Source of the DNA: an uncultured Clostridia bacterium
Lineage (GTDB): Bacteria; Bacillota; Clostridia; Oscillospirales; Ruminococcaceae
DNA length: 64,000 bases
Direction: 5' to 3'
NCBI GenBank assembly: GCA_944385905.1
Contig: CALWZA010000019.1
Location: 37,535-101,534, forward strand
Of this stretch, positions 37,285 to 46,764 are shown one piece after another. Each line of letters begins with the position of its first letter. Positions within the stretch are counted from its first letter, which is position 1. Under the pieces are notes generated by a model. It did not search any database, was not told the origin of the DNA, and saw only the letters and a list, made by a program, of their open reading frames with translations. The position numbers and the translations under genes are program-made.

Positions 37285-37406
37285 CTGAGCCTAAGAAATT
37301 TACTTAAATCTCCGATTCAGTTTGATTTGATATGTACCCTTTTTACCGGACAAAGCCGGTAAGAAGGGTACATATCAGAAATCTAAATTTTCCCGGAGAG
37401 GCTCAG
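37285..37406. repeat. Long imperfect inverted repeat with a 22-bp core hairpin (37328-37377).
   Basis: The core is TGATATGTACCCTTTTTACCGG / CCGGTAAGAAGGGTACATATCA, with one G-T position and a 6-nt loop. The outer arms CTGAGCCT (37285-37292) and AGGCTCAG (37399-37406) also pair. Confidence 0.7.
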
Positions 37407-37503
37407 CATATTTAAAAAAAGATTTGAAAAACTAAAATAAGATACTTTAGAAATTTTTGTATAAAATTTAAATTAAAAGTGATTGTATTCAAACTCGTAT
37501 AAT

Positions 37504-37566
37504 TTTTTTAAAAATAAAAACACCATTGATGACTAACCCCGGACGGTTAAGATTCAAATGGTGTTT
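37504..37566. terminator. Bidirectional intrinsic terminator.
   Basis: AAACACCATT/AATGGTGTTT stem with an inner TAACC/GGTTA hairpin. T-runs follow it on both strands. Confidence 0.6.
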
Positions 37567-37811
37567 TCATATATAATCAGTTATAAAAAAGATACTTTTC
37601 CGGCTTCGGCGGGTGCAGAATATCTAAACTATAATATGAAAACTATTTTTTAATATAGATTTTTTCACTCAGCGCATTAGATGTTATCATTTGCCTAAAG
37701 TCTTGGTTCCGTTTCATGAATTGGGAATTCATTTCTTCCAATCGGCATTCTAAATCACCCATCGGAACAACAAATATCAAAGTGACCGTGACCATACTTT
37801 TACTTGCGTAA

Positions 37812-38051
37812 TCACATCCCGAAGTTTATCTCTCCCACATTGTATTCCAGAATATCGTCAGCGGTATCTCCCCACATTTCGTCCTCCGGGGCGTACTCTT
37901 GGTTGGTATTCATATTATAATATTTTCCGTCTTTTTCATAACAACCATCCCCAATGTTGATTCTGCCGTCGGGATGACAAATCGTATATTGATTTCCTTT
38001 CCATTCAAATTCCGCTTCACCGCCGTAAGCACTGCCTGAACCTTTGCTCAT
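37812..38051 (-). CDS. Hypothetical small acidic protein (79 aa); no family recognised.
   Basis: RBS GAAGGG directly upstream of the ATG. Sequence: MSKGSGSAYGGEAEFEWKGNQYTICHPDGRINIGDGCYEKDGKYYNMNTNQEYAPEDEMWGDTADDILEYNVGEINFGM. Confidence 0.5.
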   Translation of the reverse strand: MSKGSGSAYGGEAEFEWKGNQYTICHPDGRINIGDGCYEKDGKYYNMNTNQEYAPEDEMWGDTADDILEYNVGEINFGM

Positions 38052-38218
38052 CCCTTCAAATAAATAATCGGGCTGTACGGGTGTTATATATTATGTGCAT
38101 TCTTTCTAAACAAGTTGTCTTGGCTTTTATTTTGATATTTCCAACCGCTTCACTCATAATCCACGAAAATAATATCGCTTCCATCGCTCTAAAAAGCCCG
38201 CAAACCCGCATGAATACT

Positions 38219-38252
38219 AAGAAAAATGTGCCTGACAGTAAAATCAGGCACA
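38219..38252 (-). terminator. Intrinsic terminator after tRNA-Thr/tRNA-Tyr.
   Basis: Minus-strand GTGCCTGA/TCAGGCAC hairpin followed by ATTTTTCTT. Confidence 0.65.
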
Positions 38253-38257
38253 TAATC

Positions 38258-38343
38258 TGGTGGGCGAGGATGGATTCGGACCATCGAAGCTGAAAAGCAA
38301 CAGATTTACAGTCTGCCCCCTTTGGCCACTCGGGAACTCGCCC
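38258..38343 (-). tRNA. tRNA-Tyr (anticodon GTA), long variable arm, with encoded CCA.
   Basis: The reverse complement is GGGCGAGTTCCCGAGTGGCCAAAGGGGGCAGACTGTAAATCTGTTGCTTTTCAGCTTCGATGGTCCGAATCCATCCTCGCCCACCA. Confidence 0.9.
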
Positions 38344-38383
38344 ATGCTATTAATTTTTCCGACGCATATGAAAAAGCAAAAAA

Positions 38384-38459
38384 TGGAGCTGGTGGACGGA
38401 CTCGAACCCCCGACCTGCTGATTACAAATCAGCTGCTCTACCAACTGAGCTACACCAGC
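38384..38459 (-). tRNA. tRNA-Thr (anticodon TGT), with encoded CCA.
   Basis: The reverse complement is GCTGGTGTAGCTCAGTTGGTAGAGCA-GCTGA-TTTGTAA-TCAGC-AGGTCGGGGGTTCGAGTCCGTCCACCAGCTCCA. Confidence 0.9.
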
Positions 38460-38683
38460 TTATTTTATCTGCCCGTTTCAAGCGACGTGATTTATTATAT
38501 CATGTCATATCGCTTTTGTCAATACCTTTTTTCTTGTAATTAATATTAATTTTAAAATCCGTTCAATCGCATTTTTGTAAATAATAAATAACCGGTTTTG
38601 CCTGATTTATCCCGAAAATTTTCTTGTATATGTATAAATCTTCGCTTTCTGCGGCAATAATATCACAAAGGCGGTGTTATTGT

Positions 38684-40603
38684 ATGTATCAGTATTATCT
38701 GAAAAAAAGAGCGGATCTGTGCTATGACCTTATAATCAGCATAGACAGGCACGACGCTGAGTTTGGGCTTGAATTTCTGACCAATCGGTTTGAGAGAGGC
38801 TCTTATCAGCAGTTTGTCAGCTATCTGACCGCTCAGAACAAAAAAATTAGAATTAAATCTATTCATATTGTAGTGTCAGGTCTTCTTGTCGCTGTTATTC
38901 CGTTTTGCACCTCTACTATCGCGGCAGCAAAGACTCCGAATCTGTCGTCGATAGCGGGAAGCGTGCTGTTTGCCGCGCAGGAGGCTCTGAGATCTGGCAT
39001 AAAGTTTAACATGTCCTATCTGTACGGCGGAACGGTTTCCCAGCAGATTGCGATGGTTGACGCGACGGGGTGTCTTGATACGGTGTCGCCGAGCTATTTC
39101 GACCTTGACTCACAGGGGAACCTTAGTCTCAACGGCGTAAGTCAGACTTTGATTGATGAAATGCACAAAAGGGATATAAAAGTTGTTCCCATGCTAAGCA
39201 ATCACTGGAACCGCAACATAGGCGAAAAGGCGCTTGACAATCCCGAAAGGCTTGCCTCACAGATTATCGCTGCGATTGAGAAATACAATCTCGACGGAGT
39301 AAACGTTGATATTGAAAATGTAACTCAGACTCACCGTGACGCCTATACCCGGCTTGTCAGGCTGCTTCGGGAGGGTCTGCCGAAGGAAAAGGAAGTGTCG
39401 GTTGCGGTCGCTGCTAATCCGAACAGCTGGACTCAGGGCTGGCACGGCTCATATGACTATGCGGCTTTGGGCAAATACGCCGATTACCTTATGATTATGA
39501 CCTATGACGAAAGCTGGCAGGGAGGCCCCGAAGGACCTGTCGCAAGCCTTTCATTTGTTGAAAAGTCAATTGACTACGCTTTAAAATATGTATCTGCAGA
39601 TAAAGTAGTTGTCGGGCTTCCTTTTTACGGAAGAATATGGAGTGAGGACGGCAATTTTAACGGAAACGGAGTAAATCTCAATACCCTTGAAAAAATGCTT
39701 TCGGAGCTTGACGCCGAAATAACCTTTTCTCAGGAAGCTCAGTCGCCTAAAGCCAAGTTTACTATAACCTCTGACGACAAGGTTTACACCCTCGGCGGAA
39801 AACAGCTTAAACCCGGAAAGTACACAGTTTGGTTTGAAAATGAAGAGTCTATTGAAAAGAAAATTCAGCTTGTACACAAGTACGACTTAAAAGGAATAGG
39901 CTCGTGGGCGCTCAATCAGGCAACCGACGGAATTCTCGGGAATCTTTCCGACTGGCTTCAGACTGAGGATGACTATGAGGAGCTTGAGGAGCCTTTAAAG
40001 GGCATAGTAACCGCCTCATCTCTGCGTATAAGAAGCGGACCGTCAGCCTCAACCGAAACCATAGGATATCTGCCAAACGGTGCCGAAGTCAGCATCATAG
40101 GCAGACAAACGGGCTGGTACCGCATTGAGCTTGCCGAAAACACATACGGCTATGTCAGCGCAGATTATATTGAAATAATTGATTCCGAGCAAGAGCCCGA
40201 AATAACTCGAACCGCCTACTCGACCGGAAACAACGTCAGAGTCAGAAGCGAACCGAGCGCCTCGTCGGCGATACTCTCAAATCTCAACAGAGGCGACAGC
40301 TTCACGGTTATGGGCGAAATTGAAAACGGCTGGTATAGGGTGACTTTGTCAGACGGCGTTTCGGGATATGTCTACGGCGATTACGTTTCGTTTGAAGAGC
40401 CTGTGACAACCCGAACCGCCTACTCAACAGGAGACAGGGTAAGAGTCAGAACCCACCCGAACACCTCCTCAGCGGTTTTGTCTCACTTTAACAGAGGCGA
40501 CAGCTTCACGGTCGTCGGGGAAATTCAAAACGGCTGGTATAAAGTCGCCTTGTCAAACGGCGCTTCGGGTTATGTCCACCGAGACTATGTAGCATTTAAA
40601 TAG
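38684..40603 (+). CDS. GH18 glycosyl hydrolase (chitinase / spore-cortex-hydrolase-like) with an N-terminal cytoplasmic segment, one TM and three C-terminal SH3b domains.
   Basis: GH18 motif LDGVNVDIENV (DxxDxDxE-type) and YDYAALGKYADYLMIMTYDE. There are three repeats of the type GIVTASSLRIRSGPS...GWYRI. The start could instead be 38624. Confidence 0.75.
   Translation: MYQYYLKKRADLCYDLIISIDRHDAEFGLEFLTNRFERGSYQQFVSYLTAQNKKIRIKSIHIVVSGLLVAVIPFCTSTIAAAKTPNLSSIAGSVLFAAQEALRSGIKFNMSYLYGGTVSQQIAMVDATGCLDTVSPSYFDLDSQGNLSLNGVSQTLIDEMHKRDIKVVPMLSNHWNRNIGEKALDNPERLASQIIAAIEKYNLDGVNVDIENVTQTHRDAYTRLVRLLREGLPKEKEVSVAVAANPNSWTQGWHGSYDYAALGKYADYLMIMTYDESWQGGPEGPVASLSFVEKSIDYALKYVSADKVVVGLPFYGRIWSEDGNFNGNGVNLNTLEKMLSELDAEITFSQEAQSPKAKFTITSDDKVYTLGGKQLKPGKYTVWFENEESIEKKIQLVHKYDLKGIGSWALNQATDGILGNLSDWLQTEDDYEELEEPLKGIVTASSLRIRSGPSASTETIGYLPNGAEVSIIGRQTGWYRIELAENTYGYVSADYIEIIDSEQEPEITRTAYSTGNNVRVRSEPSASSAILSNLNRGDSFTVMGEIENGWYRVTLSDGVSGYVYGDYVSFEEPVTTRTAYSTGDRVRVRTHPNTSSAVLSHFNRGDSFTVVGEIQNGWYKVALSNGASGYVHRDYVAFK
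40205..40600 (+). repeat. Tandem duplication with a period of about 204 bp, encoding the 2nd and 3rd SH3b domains.
   Basis: 40205-40408 and 40409-40600 align base for base over long runs (for example AACAGAGGCGACAGCTTCACGGT and AAAACGGCTGGTATA are shared). Confidence 0.8.
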
Positions 40604-40611
40604 CAAAAAGC

Positions 40612-40656
40612 AAACCGTATCCTTTGCATAACATAAAAGGATACGGTTTTTGTTTT
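40612..40656 (+). terminator. Intrinsic terminator after the GH18 gene.
   Basis: AAACCGTATCCTT/AAGGATACGGTTT stem followed by TTTGTTTT. Confidence 0.8.
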
Positions 40657-40785
40657 AAATATTTCAGATAATATGTTTTGCCATAAATGCTTTCGGCGGT
40701 TTATTTAAACTGCCAGCCTTCGATTGTTATACGGAATGAGCAAAAATGTCCCCCAAAAACAGCCAGAAAACAGGAGGGACATTTC

Positions 40786-40819
40786 AAAAAAAGAAAGTCC
40801 CCCGCAATTTGTGAGGGAC
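40786..40819 (-). terminator. Intrinsic terminator downstream of tRNA-Leu.
   Basis: Minus-strand GTCCC/GGGAC hairpin followed by TTTCTTTTTTT. A second related hairpin lies at 40744-40784. Confidence 0.5.
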
Positions 40820-40881
40820 AGGGCAAAAAAGGAAAAGCCCGCAAACCCTTGATATCACTGGGCTTGCGAGCCATTGATTTC

Positions 40882-40968
40882 TGGTGCCGGTGGTCGGGGT
40901 CGAACCGACACGGTATCTCTACCACAGGATTTTGAGTCCAGCACGTCTGCCAATTCCATCACACCGGC
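40882..40968 (-). tRNA. tRNA-Leu (anticodon CAA), long variable arm, with encoded CCA.
   Basis: The reverse complement is GCCGGTGTGATGGAATTGGCAGACGTGCTGGACTCAAAATCCTGTGGTAGAGATACCGTGTCGGTTCGACCCCGACCACCGGCACCA. The anticodon stem has one U-U mismatch. Confidence 0.85.
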
Positions 40969-40983
40969 TAATAAAGCTTTTAT

Positions 40984-41012
40984 ATTATATCAGATAATAT
41001 TTTAATTGTCAA
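40984..41012 (-). promoter_or_regulatory. Perfect consensus sigmaA promoter of tRNA-Leu.
   Basis: Minus strand: TTGACA (41012-41007), 17 nt, TATAAT (40989-40984). Confidence 0.6.
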
Positions 41013-41148
41013 GATTTATTTTCCTTGGTTCGACAGTCCGATTTTAAAAATTCAGTTGCAAAATAGACAATACTCTTGGCAAAAAATGCACAATATTTGT
41101 TATAATGGACGAAATTTTATCCTTATCTAATTTTTCTATCGTTTCCTA

Positions 41149-41176
41149 TTGATTTTTTAAAACAAGGTGGTAAAAT
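41149..41176 (+). promoter_or_regulatory. groESL promoter.
   Basis: TTGATT, 16 nt, TGgTAAAAT extended -10. It sits immediately before the CIRCE element. Confidence 0.55.
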
Positions 41177-41180
41177 ATAC

Positions 41181-41207
41181 TTAGCACTCAAAAGATACGA
41201 GTGCTAA
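41181..41207 (+). promoter_or_regulatory. CIRCE operator (HrcA binding site).
   Basis: TTAGCACTC-N9-GAGTGCTAA, a perfect match to the CIRCE consensus, about 90 nt upstream of groES. Confidence 0.95.
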
Positions 41208-41279
41208 AAACCGGCGGGCTTTTCCGCCTCGTAAAAATATAAAGTCAGTTAACTGTGCAAATGCAGACAAATAATATGA

Positions 41280-41582
<303 letters not shown>

Positions 41583-41674
41583 AAACCTGTAAAAAGCGAT
41601 TGGTGTGAAGCTTTTTCACACATACTTTAACCTTTTGCGGCTTTGGACGGCTGCCGCGGTTTCAGATTAGTTAA

Positions 41675-43333
<1,659 letters not shown>

Positions 43334-43525
43334 TTCTGAAACCGAATATACAAAAAGCGGCGGGATTTACCTGCCGCTTTGTTGTTTCCTGACCGCATAA
43401 TGCGGTACGAGGTTATTGTTTTCAAATGAAAATCAAGCGGCAAGGACGTTAATAATGTTCCTGCCGCTTTTTATATGTCGTCTGACATCCGGATATTAGG
43501 CTCGTTTTTATTTTATGTTTGTTTA

Positions 43526-44905
43526 TTACTCTTCGGCTTCGCTTTCGTTTTGCTCAACAAAGGACGACGTGTCCTCCATAAGCTTAAAGCTGATTTCAAA
43601 CTCCTCTCCATCCCCTGTGATACTCTGCCTGAAGACCTTTGCCGAAACGGTATCCCCAGGCTTAAGACCGTCGATAGCCTCATAAACCTCGTCGATATCC
43701 GTTACGAGCACTCCGTTCATTTCAAAGATAATGTCGTCCGGCAAAAGCTCTGTATTTGCGATATCACATGTTTCGTCAATTGATACTATATAAAGTCCTG
43801 CGTGAGTGCCGTACATTTTCGCTGTCGTTTCGCTGATTGAATAAAATGTTATACCAAGTTTGGGCCTGCTCGCCACATAACCGTATTCTATAAGCGACTC
43901 AATAACAGGCTTTGCGGCGTCCATGGATATTGCGAAGCCTATTCCCTCAAACTCCGACGGGGAAAGCTTCGACGAGGTTATGCCGACAAGCTGACCGTAC
44001 ATATTAAACAGCGCGCCGCCTGAATTTCCCGGATTAATTGCCGCATCTATCTGAATACAATCCATTTTTAAATTGACCGTCTCTGTTCTGACCATTCGCT
44101 GAAGTCCAGAAACTATGCCTTTTGTAACCGATCCCTGAAATCCCGCAGGGCTTCCGATTGCGACGACGTCCTCGCCGAGTTCAAGCTTTGTCGAGTCTCC
44201 GAACTGTACCGGTGTCAGTCCCTCGGCGGCAATTTTTAAAACAGCGAGGTCGGTTTTCGAGTCTGCGCCGATAATTTTCGCCTCATATTCATCTTCGTTT
44301 GCAAGAACCACCTTTACTCCCAAAGTCGCATCCGCAATAACATGGGCGTTTGTGATGATATATCCGTCAGAGGTCATTATCACTCCCGAACCCTGACCTA
44401 CCGATGCGAACACCTGACCTTTTTTATAGCTTTCAACAGTAACAACGGAATCCCCGACAGCTTTTGCGACTCCCTGAGCGGTATATCTTCCGTACGCGTC
44501 GGTATAAACATCGCCGCTCGCCTGAGGAAGCTCTGCTATCGGAATGGAAAAGTGAATTTTTTCGTCTCCGGCAAAGCGGTTTGCTATCCAGTTTTTTCCG
44601 AAAACCAGCCGTGCCGCTGCAAAAAACAGTATAACAAACACCGCAAGAAGAAGCAGAAACTGCCTCCAAAACAAAGAATGCTTTTTTATTTTTACGGCGC
44701 CCTCTTCATAGTCATACGACAATTTCCGAGGAGAAATTCCCTCCGCTGTCTTTGCCGCGAGCCTTTCAAGTTCTCCTATATAAGTCATGTTTTCACTTTC
44801 GGCTTCGGTGATATTTTCCGCTTCTTTCTTATTTTCCTGCTCAGGCGAAGCTTCAGGTTCTGATTTGTTTTCCTGAAAATCCTTATCAAAATCTTTATCT
44901 GTCAA
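43526..44905 (-). CDS. htrA: HtrA/DegP-family serine protease (membrane anchor + trypsin-like domain + PDZ).
   Basis: Motifs ITNAHVI, TDLAVLKI and GNSGGALFN form the catalytic triad context. It has a C-terminal PDZ and an N-terminal TM. Confidence 0.9.
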   Translation of the reverse strand: MTDKDFDKDFQENKSEPEASPEQENKKEAENITEAESENMTYIGELERLAAKTAEGISPRKLSYDYEEGAVKIKKHSLFWRQFLLLLAVFVILFFAAARLVFGKNWIANRFAGDEKIHFSIPIAELPQASGDVYTDAYGRYTAQGVAKAVGDSVVTVESYKKGQVFASVGQGSGVIMTSDGYIITNAHVIADATLGVKVVLANEDEYEAKIIGADSKTDLAVLKIAAEGLTPVQFGDSTKLELGEDVVAIGSPAGFQGSVTKGIVSGLQRMVRTETVNLKMDCIQIDAAINPGNSGGALFNMYGQLVGITSSKLSPSEFEGIGFAISMDAAKPVIESLIEYGYVASRPKLGITFYSISETTAKMYGTHAGLYIVSIDETCDIANTELLPDDIIFEMNGVLVTDIDEVYEAIDGLKPGDTVSAKVFRQSITGDGEEFEISFKLMEDTSSFVEQNESEAEE

Positions 44906-44943
44906 GCTGCTGTCTTCCTTTCAATATAAAAATTATCCGGAGA

Positions 44944-45543
44944 TTATCTGTCTTTATTTTTTCCGGAGCCGATAAATTTTGCGATAACAAGAGCTGCCGC
45001 AGCTGCCGCAGCCGCTGTAAGCACCGTTTTTTTATCAAGAACGATTTTTCCCTCAAGAGCTGACGAGCGCTTTTGTACAGAATGAGGACTGCTTTTGTGC
45101 GCGGCAGGCTTTGAACCCGCGTCAGCCGAAGGCTTTTTTACATTTATATTCCCGCTTTCGGAGCTTTTATTTTCAAAAAGTTCGGGATGCTTATATGCCG
45201 GGGTTTCCTCCTCGGCGAAATATCTTTCGTCATATTCGTATTCAAAATCGCCGTCTTCTGCATAGTCGCTGTACGGTTCATCTTCCTGTTCCGGTTCTTT
45301 TGAAACCTCGTCTTCGTCAAAAAACATGCCGCTTTCATTTGTCGGATCGTCTGCTTTTTCTTCCGAGGCGGAGTCCCATGTCTGCAAAAAGATTTCTTTT
45401 GCCGGTTCGTCTTTGGGCTCCGTATCGGAAACAGATGTCAAAGACTCACACAATTGTGAAGACATATCGGGCTCGCCGAAATTTTCGGTATTATTATATT
45501 GAATTTTTTCATCAAAAATATCCTCGTCAAAAAAGTCTTTCAT
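44944..45543 (-). CDS. Hypothetical highly acidic, low-complexity protein with a C-terminal TM anchor.
   Basis: The MKDFFDEDIFDEK start at 45543 follows the RBS AAAGGA. D/E-rich throughout, ending in TVLTAAAAAAAALVIAKFIG. It lies 38 nt upstream of htrA on the same strand. Confidence 0.55.
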   Translation of the reverse strand: MKDFFDEDIFDEKIQYNNTENFGEPDMSSQLCESLTSVSDTEPKDEPAKEIFLQTWDSASEEKADDPTNESGMFFDEDEVSKEPEQEDEPYSDYAEDGDFEYEYDERYFAEEETPAYKHPELFENKSSESGNINVKKPSADAGSKPAAHKSSPHSVQKRSSALEGKIVLDKKTVLTAAAAAAAALVIAKFIGSGKNKDR

Positions 45544-45724
45544 AACAAAAATCCTTTCCGCGGCTTTTAAATCGACCGATAATCTTAACACAGCGTAAAA
45601 CTACTTATTACTTTACACCAAAACAGCAAAAACGTCAAGAGATGATAACCGCCTTTTGAATTTTACTCTGTTTTCAGAAAAATCCACATTGCCTGAAAAA
45701 AGCACGATACACAGTTTAATGCTG

Positions 45725-45764
45725 AAAATAAAATGACAGGCTGGCCGCTATGGAACATCCTGTC
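45725..45764 (-). terminator. Intrinsic terminator after the GNAT gene.
   Basis: Minus-strand GACAGG/CCTGTC hairpin followed by ATTTTATTTT. Confidence 0.5.
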
Positions 45765-45794
45765 AAAACTCTGTAGTGAAAATGAAAAGAACCC

Positions 45795-46334
45795 TTATTT
45801 CATAACTTTTATAAACCGAAACATTTCTGAAGGCCCTTCTTCTCTATCTTTATCCGTCTCTTGCGCATCTTTATGGAAATCGCAAAAAAACTCAACCGCT
45901 TGAAAACCGCATTTATTTATATAAAAATGGATATTTCTCTTTTCAAAATAAGGGGTGCAGGTTTCCCAGACTTTTGTTTCCGGGTATAGTGCCTCAACCG
46001 CTTGCCATGCGGCGAATCCAATTCCTGCGCTGTGCTCCTCAGGCGACACAAAAAGAAGGTCAAGATGATTATGCTGAGTTGTTTTATCAATCCTTAAAAC
46101 AATTCCTCCCACTTTTCTTCCGTCAAAAATAATTCTGTACGCTTCACTGTCGGCAGCGTCAATGCTCCGCTCAATAGTACTCCGGGAAATAATCTCGCCG
46201 TCATGGTCAAGATGGTCGTCTCGCTTTCCGAATTCTTCAAGCGCGCCGTATTTGAATGCCCGCTGGTTATCCGAAATGAACTGTTCACGATCTTCTTCTG
46301 ACAGAGCTGCAAGTACGATTTTTGTGTTTTTCAT
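45795..46334 (-). CDS. GNAT family N-acetyltransferase.
   Basis: 179 aa. LDLLFVSPEEHSAGIGFAAWQAVE is the acetyl-CoA binding motif A. RBS GGAGGG. Confidence 0.75.
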   Translation of the reverse strand: MKNTKIVLAALSEEDREQFISDNQRAFKYGALEEFGKRDDHLDHDGEIISRSTIERSIDAADSEAYRIIFDGRKVGGIVLRIDKTTQHNHLDLLFVSPEEHSAGIGFAAWQAVEALYPETKVWETCTPYFEKRNIHFYINKCGFQAVEFFCDFHKDAQETDKDREEGPSEMFRFIKVMK

Positions 46335-46336
46335 GT

Positions 46337-46470
46337 CAACCCTCCTGTAAAATAAAAAGCCCGGCTATTACAAAGTAATAACCGAGCGCACCCGACACCT
46401 TATCCGACATGCGGCCTACAAGCAAATGCTTACGATCCCCGAGTGCTACGGCACTCTGTCCTCCGGTGAC
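46337..46470 (-). promoter_or_regulatory. Structured leader with an intrinsic terminator upstream of the GNAT gene; class unknown.
   Basis: Minus strand: hairpins GAGTGC-CGTA-GCACTC and AAGCA-TT-TGCTT, then a 13-bp terminator stem (46359-46387) and TTTTTATTTT just before the RBS. Confidence 0.4.
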
Positions 46471-46523
46471 AATTATTAATATCATCTTGATTTAATCGCA
46501 AAAAAAGGATTAAAAACTAATTT

Positions 46524-46600
46524 TGGTCGGGGCGACAGGACTTGAACCTGCGGCATCTTGGTCCCAAACCAAGCACTCTACCAAACTGAGTTACGCCCCG
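46524..46600 (-). tRNA. tRNA-Pro (anticodon TGG), with encoded CCA.
   Basis: The reverse complement is CGGGGCGTAACTCAGTTTGGTAGAGTG-CTTGG-TTTGGGA-CCAAG-ATGCCGCAGGTTCAAGTCCTGTCGCCCCGACCA. Confidence 0.9.
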
Positions 46601-46638
46601 AAAAATTCAAAAATATATTAAAGTTATACAGCCTTATA

Positions 46639-46667
46639 ATTATATATGATTTTTTAGGGTTTGTCAA
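46639..46667 (-). promoter_or_regulatory. Perfect consensus sigmaA promoter of tRNA-Pro.
   Basis: Minus strand: TTGACA (46667-46662), 17 nt, TATAAT (46644-46639). Confidence 0.6.
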
Positions 46668-46764
46668 TAATTTTAAGTCTAATAAGTGATGAAAAATAAA
46701 AAAATCTGAAAAGCCTATCTTCATAAGCCCGTGAATAAGCGAATAATGAATAGTTAAATAAGTT

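Noticed and set aside
37679-37795. Small minus-strand ORF downstream of the 79-aa gene (MVTVTLIFVVPMGDLECRLEEMNSQFMKRNQDFRQMITF, 39 codons).
   Set aside because: It has no RBS, is very short and lies in AT-rich DNA. A careful recount showed a stop earlier than I first read. I see no support for coding.
38191-38206. Exact 16-mer AAAAGCCCGCAAACCC shared with 40833-40848, in both cases just downstream of a minus-strand tRNA.
   Set aside because: In 64 kb read on both strands, roughly one chance 16-mer coincidence is expected. The flanks do not align convincingly, so this is not enough for a repeat family.
40691-40705. Third occurrence of TCGGCGGTT, related to the repeats upstream of the AraC gene.
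   Set aside because: A 9-mer is expected by chance at about this frequency in the window, and there is no shared context.
41076-41106. Second upstream groESL promoter candidate (TTGGCA ... TATAAT).
   Set aside because: The spacer is 19 nt, too long for a good sigmaA promoter. The CIRCE-proximal promoter at 41149-41176 is sufficient.
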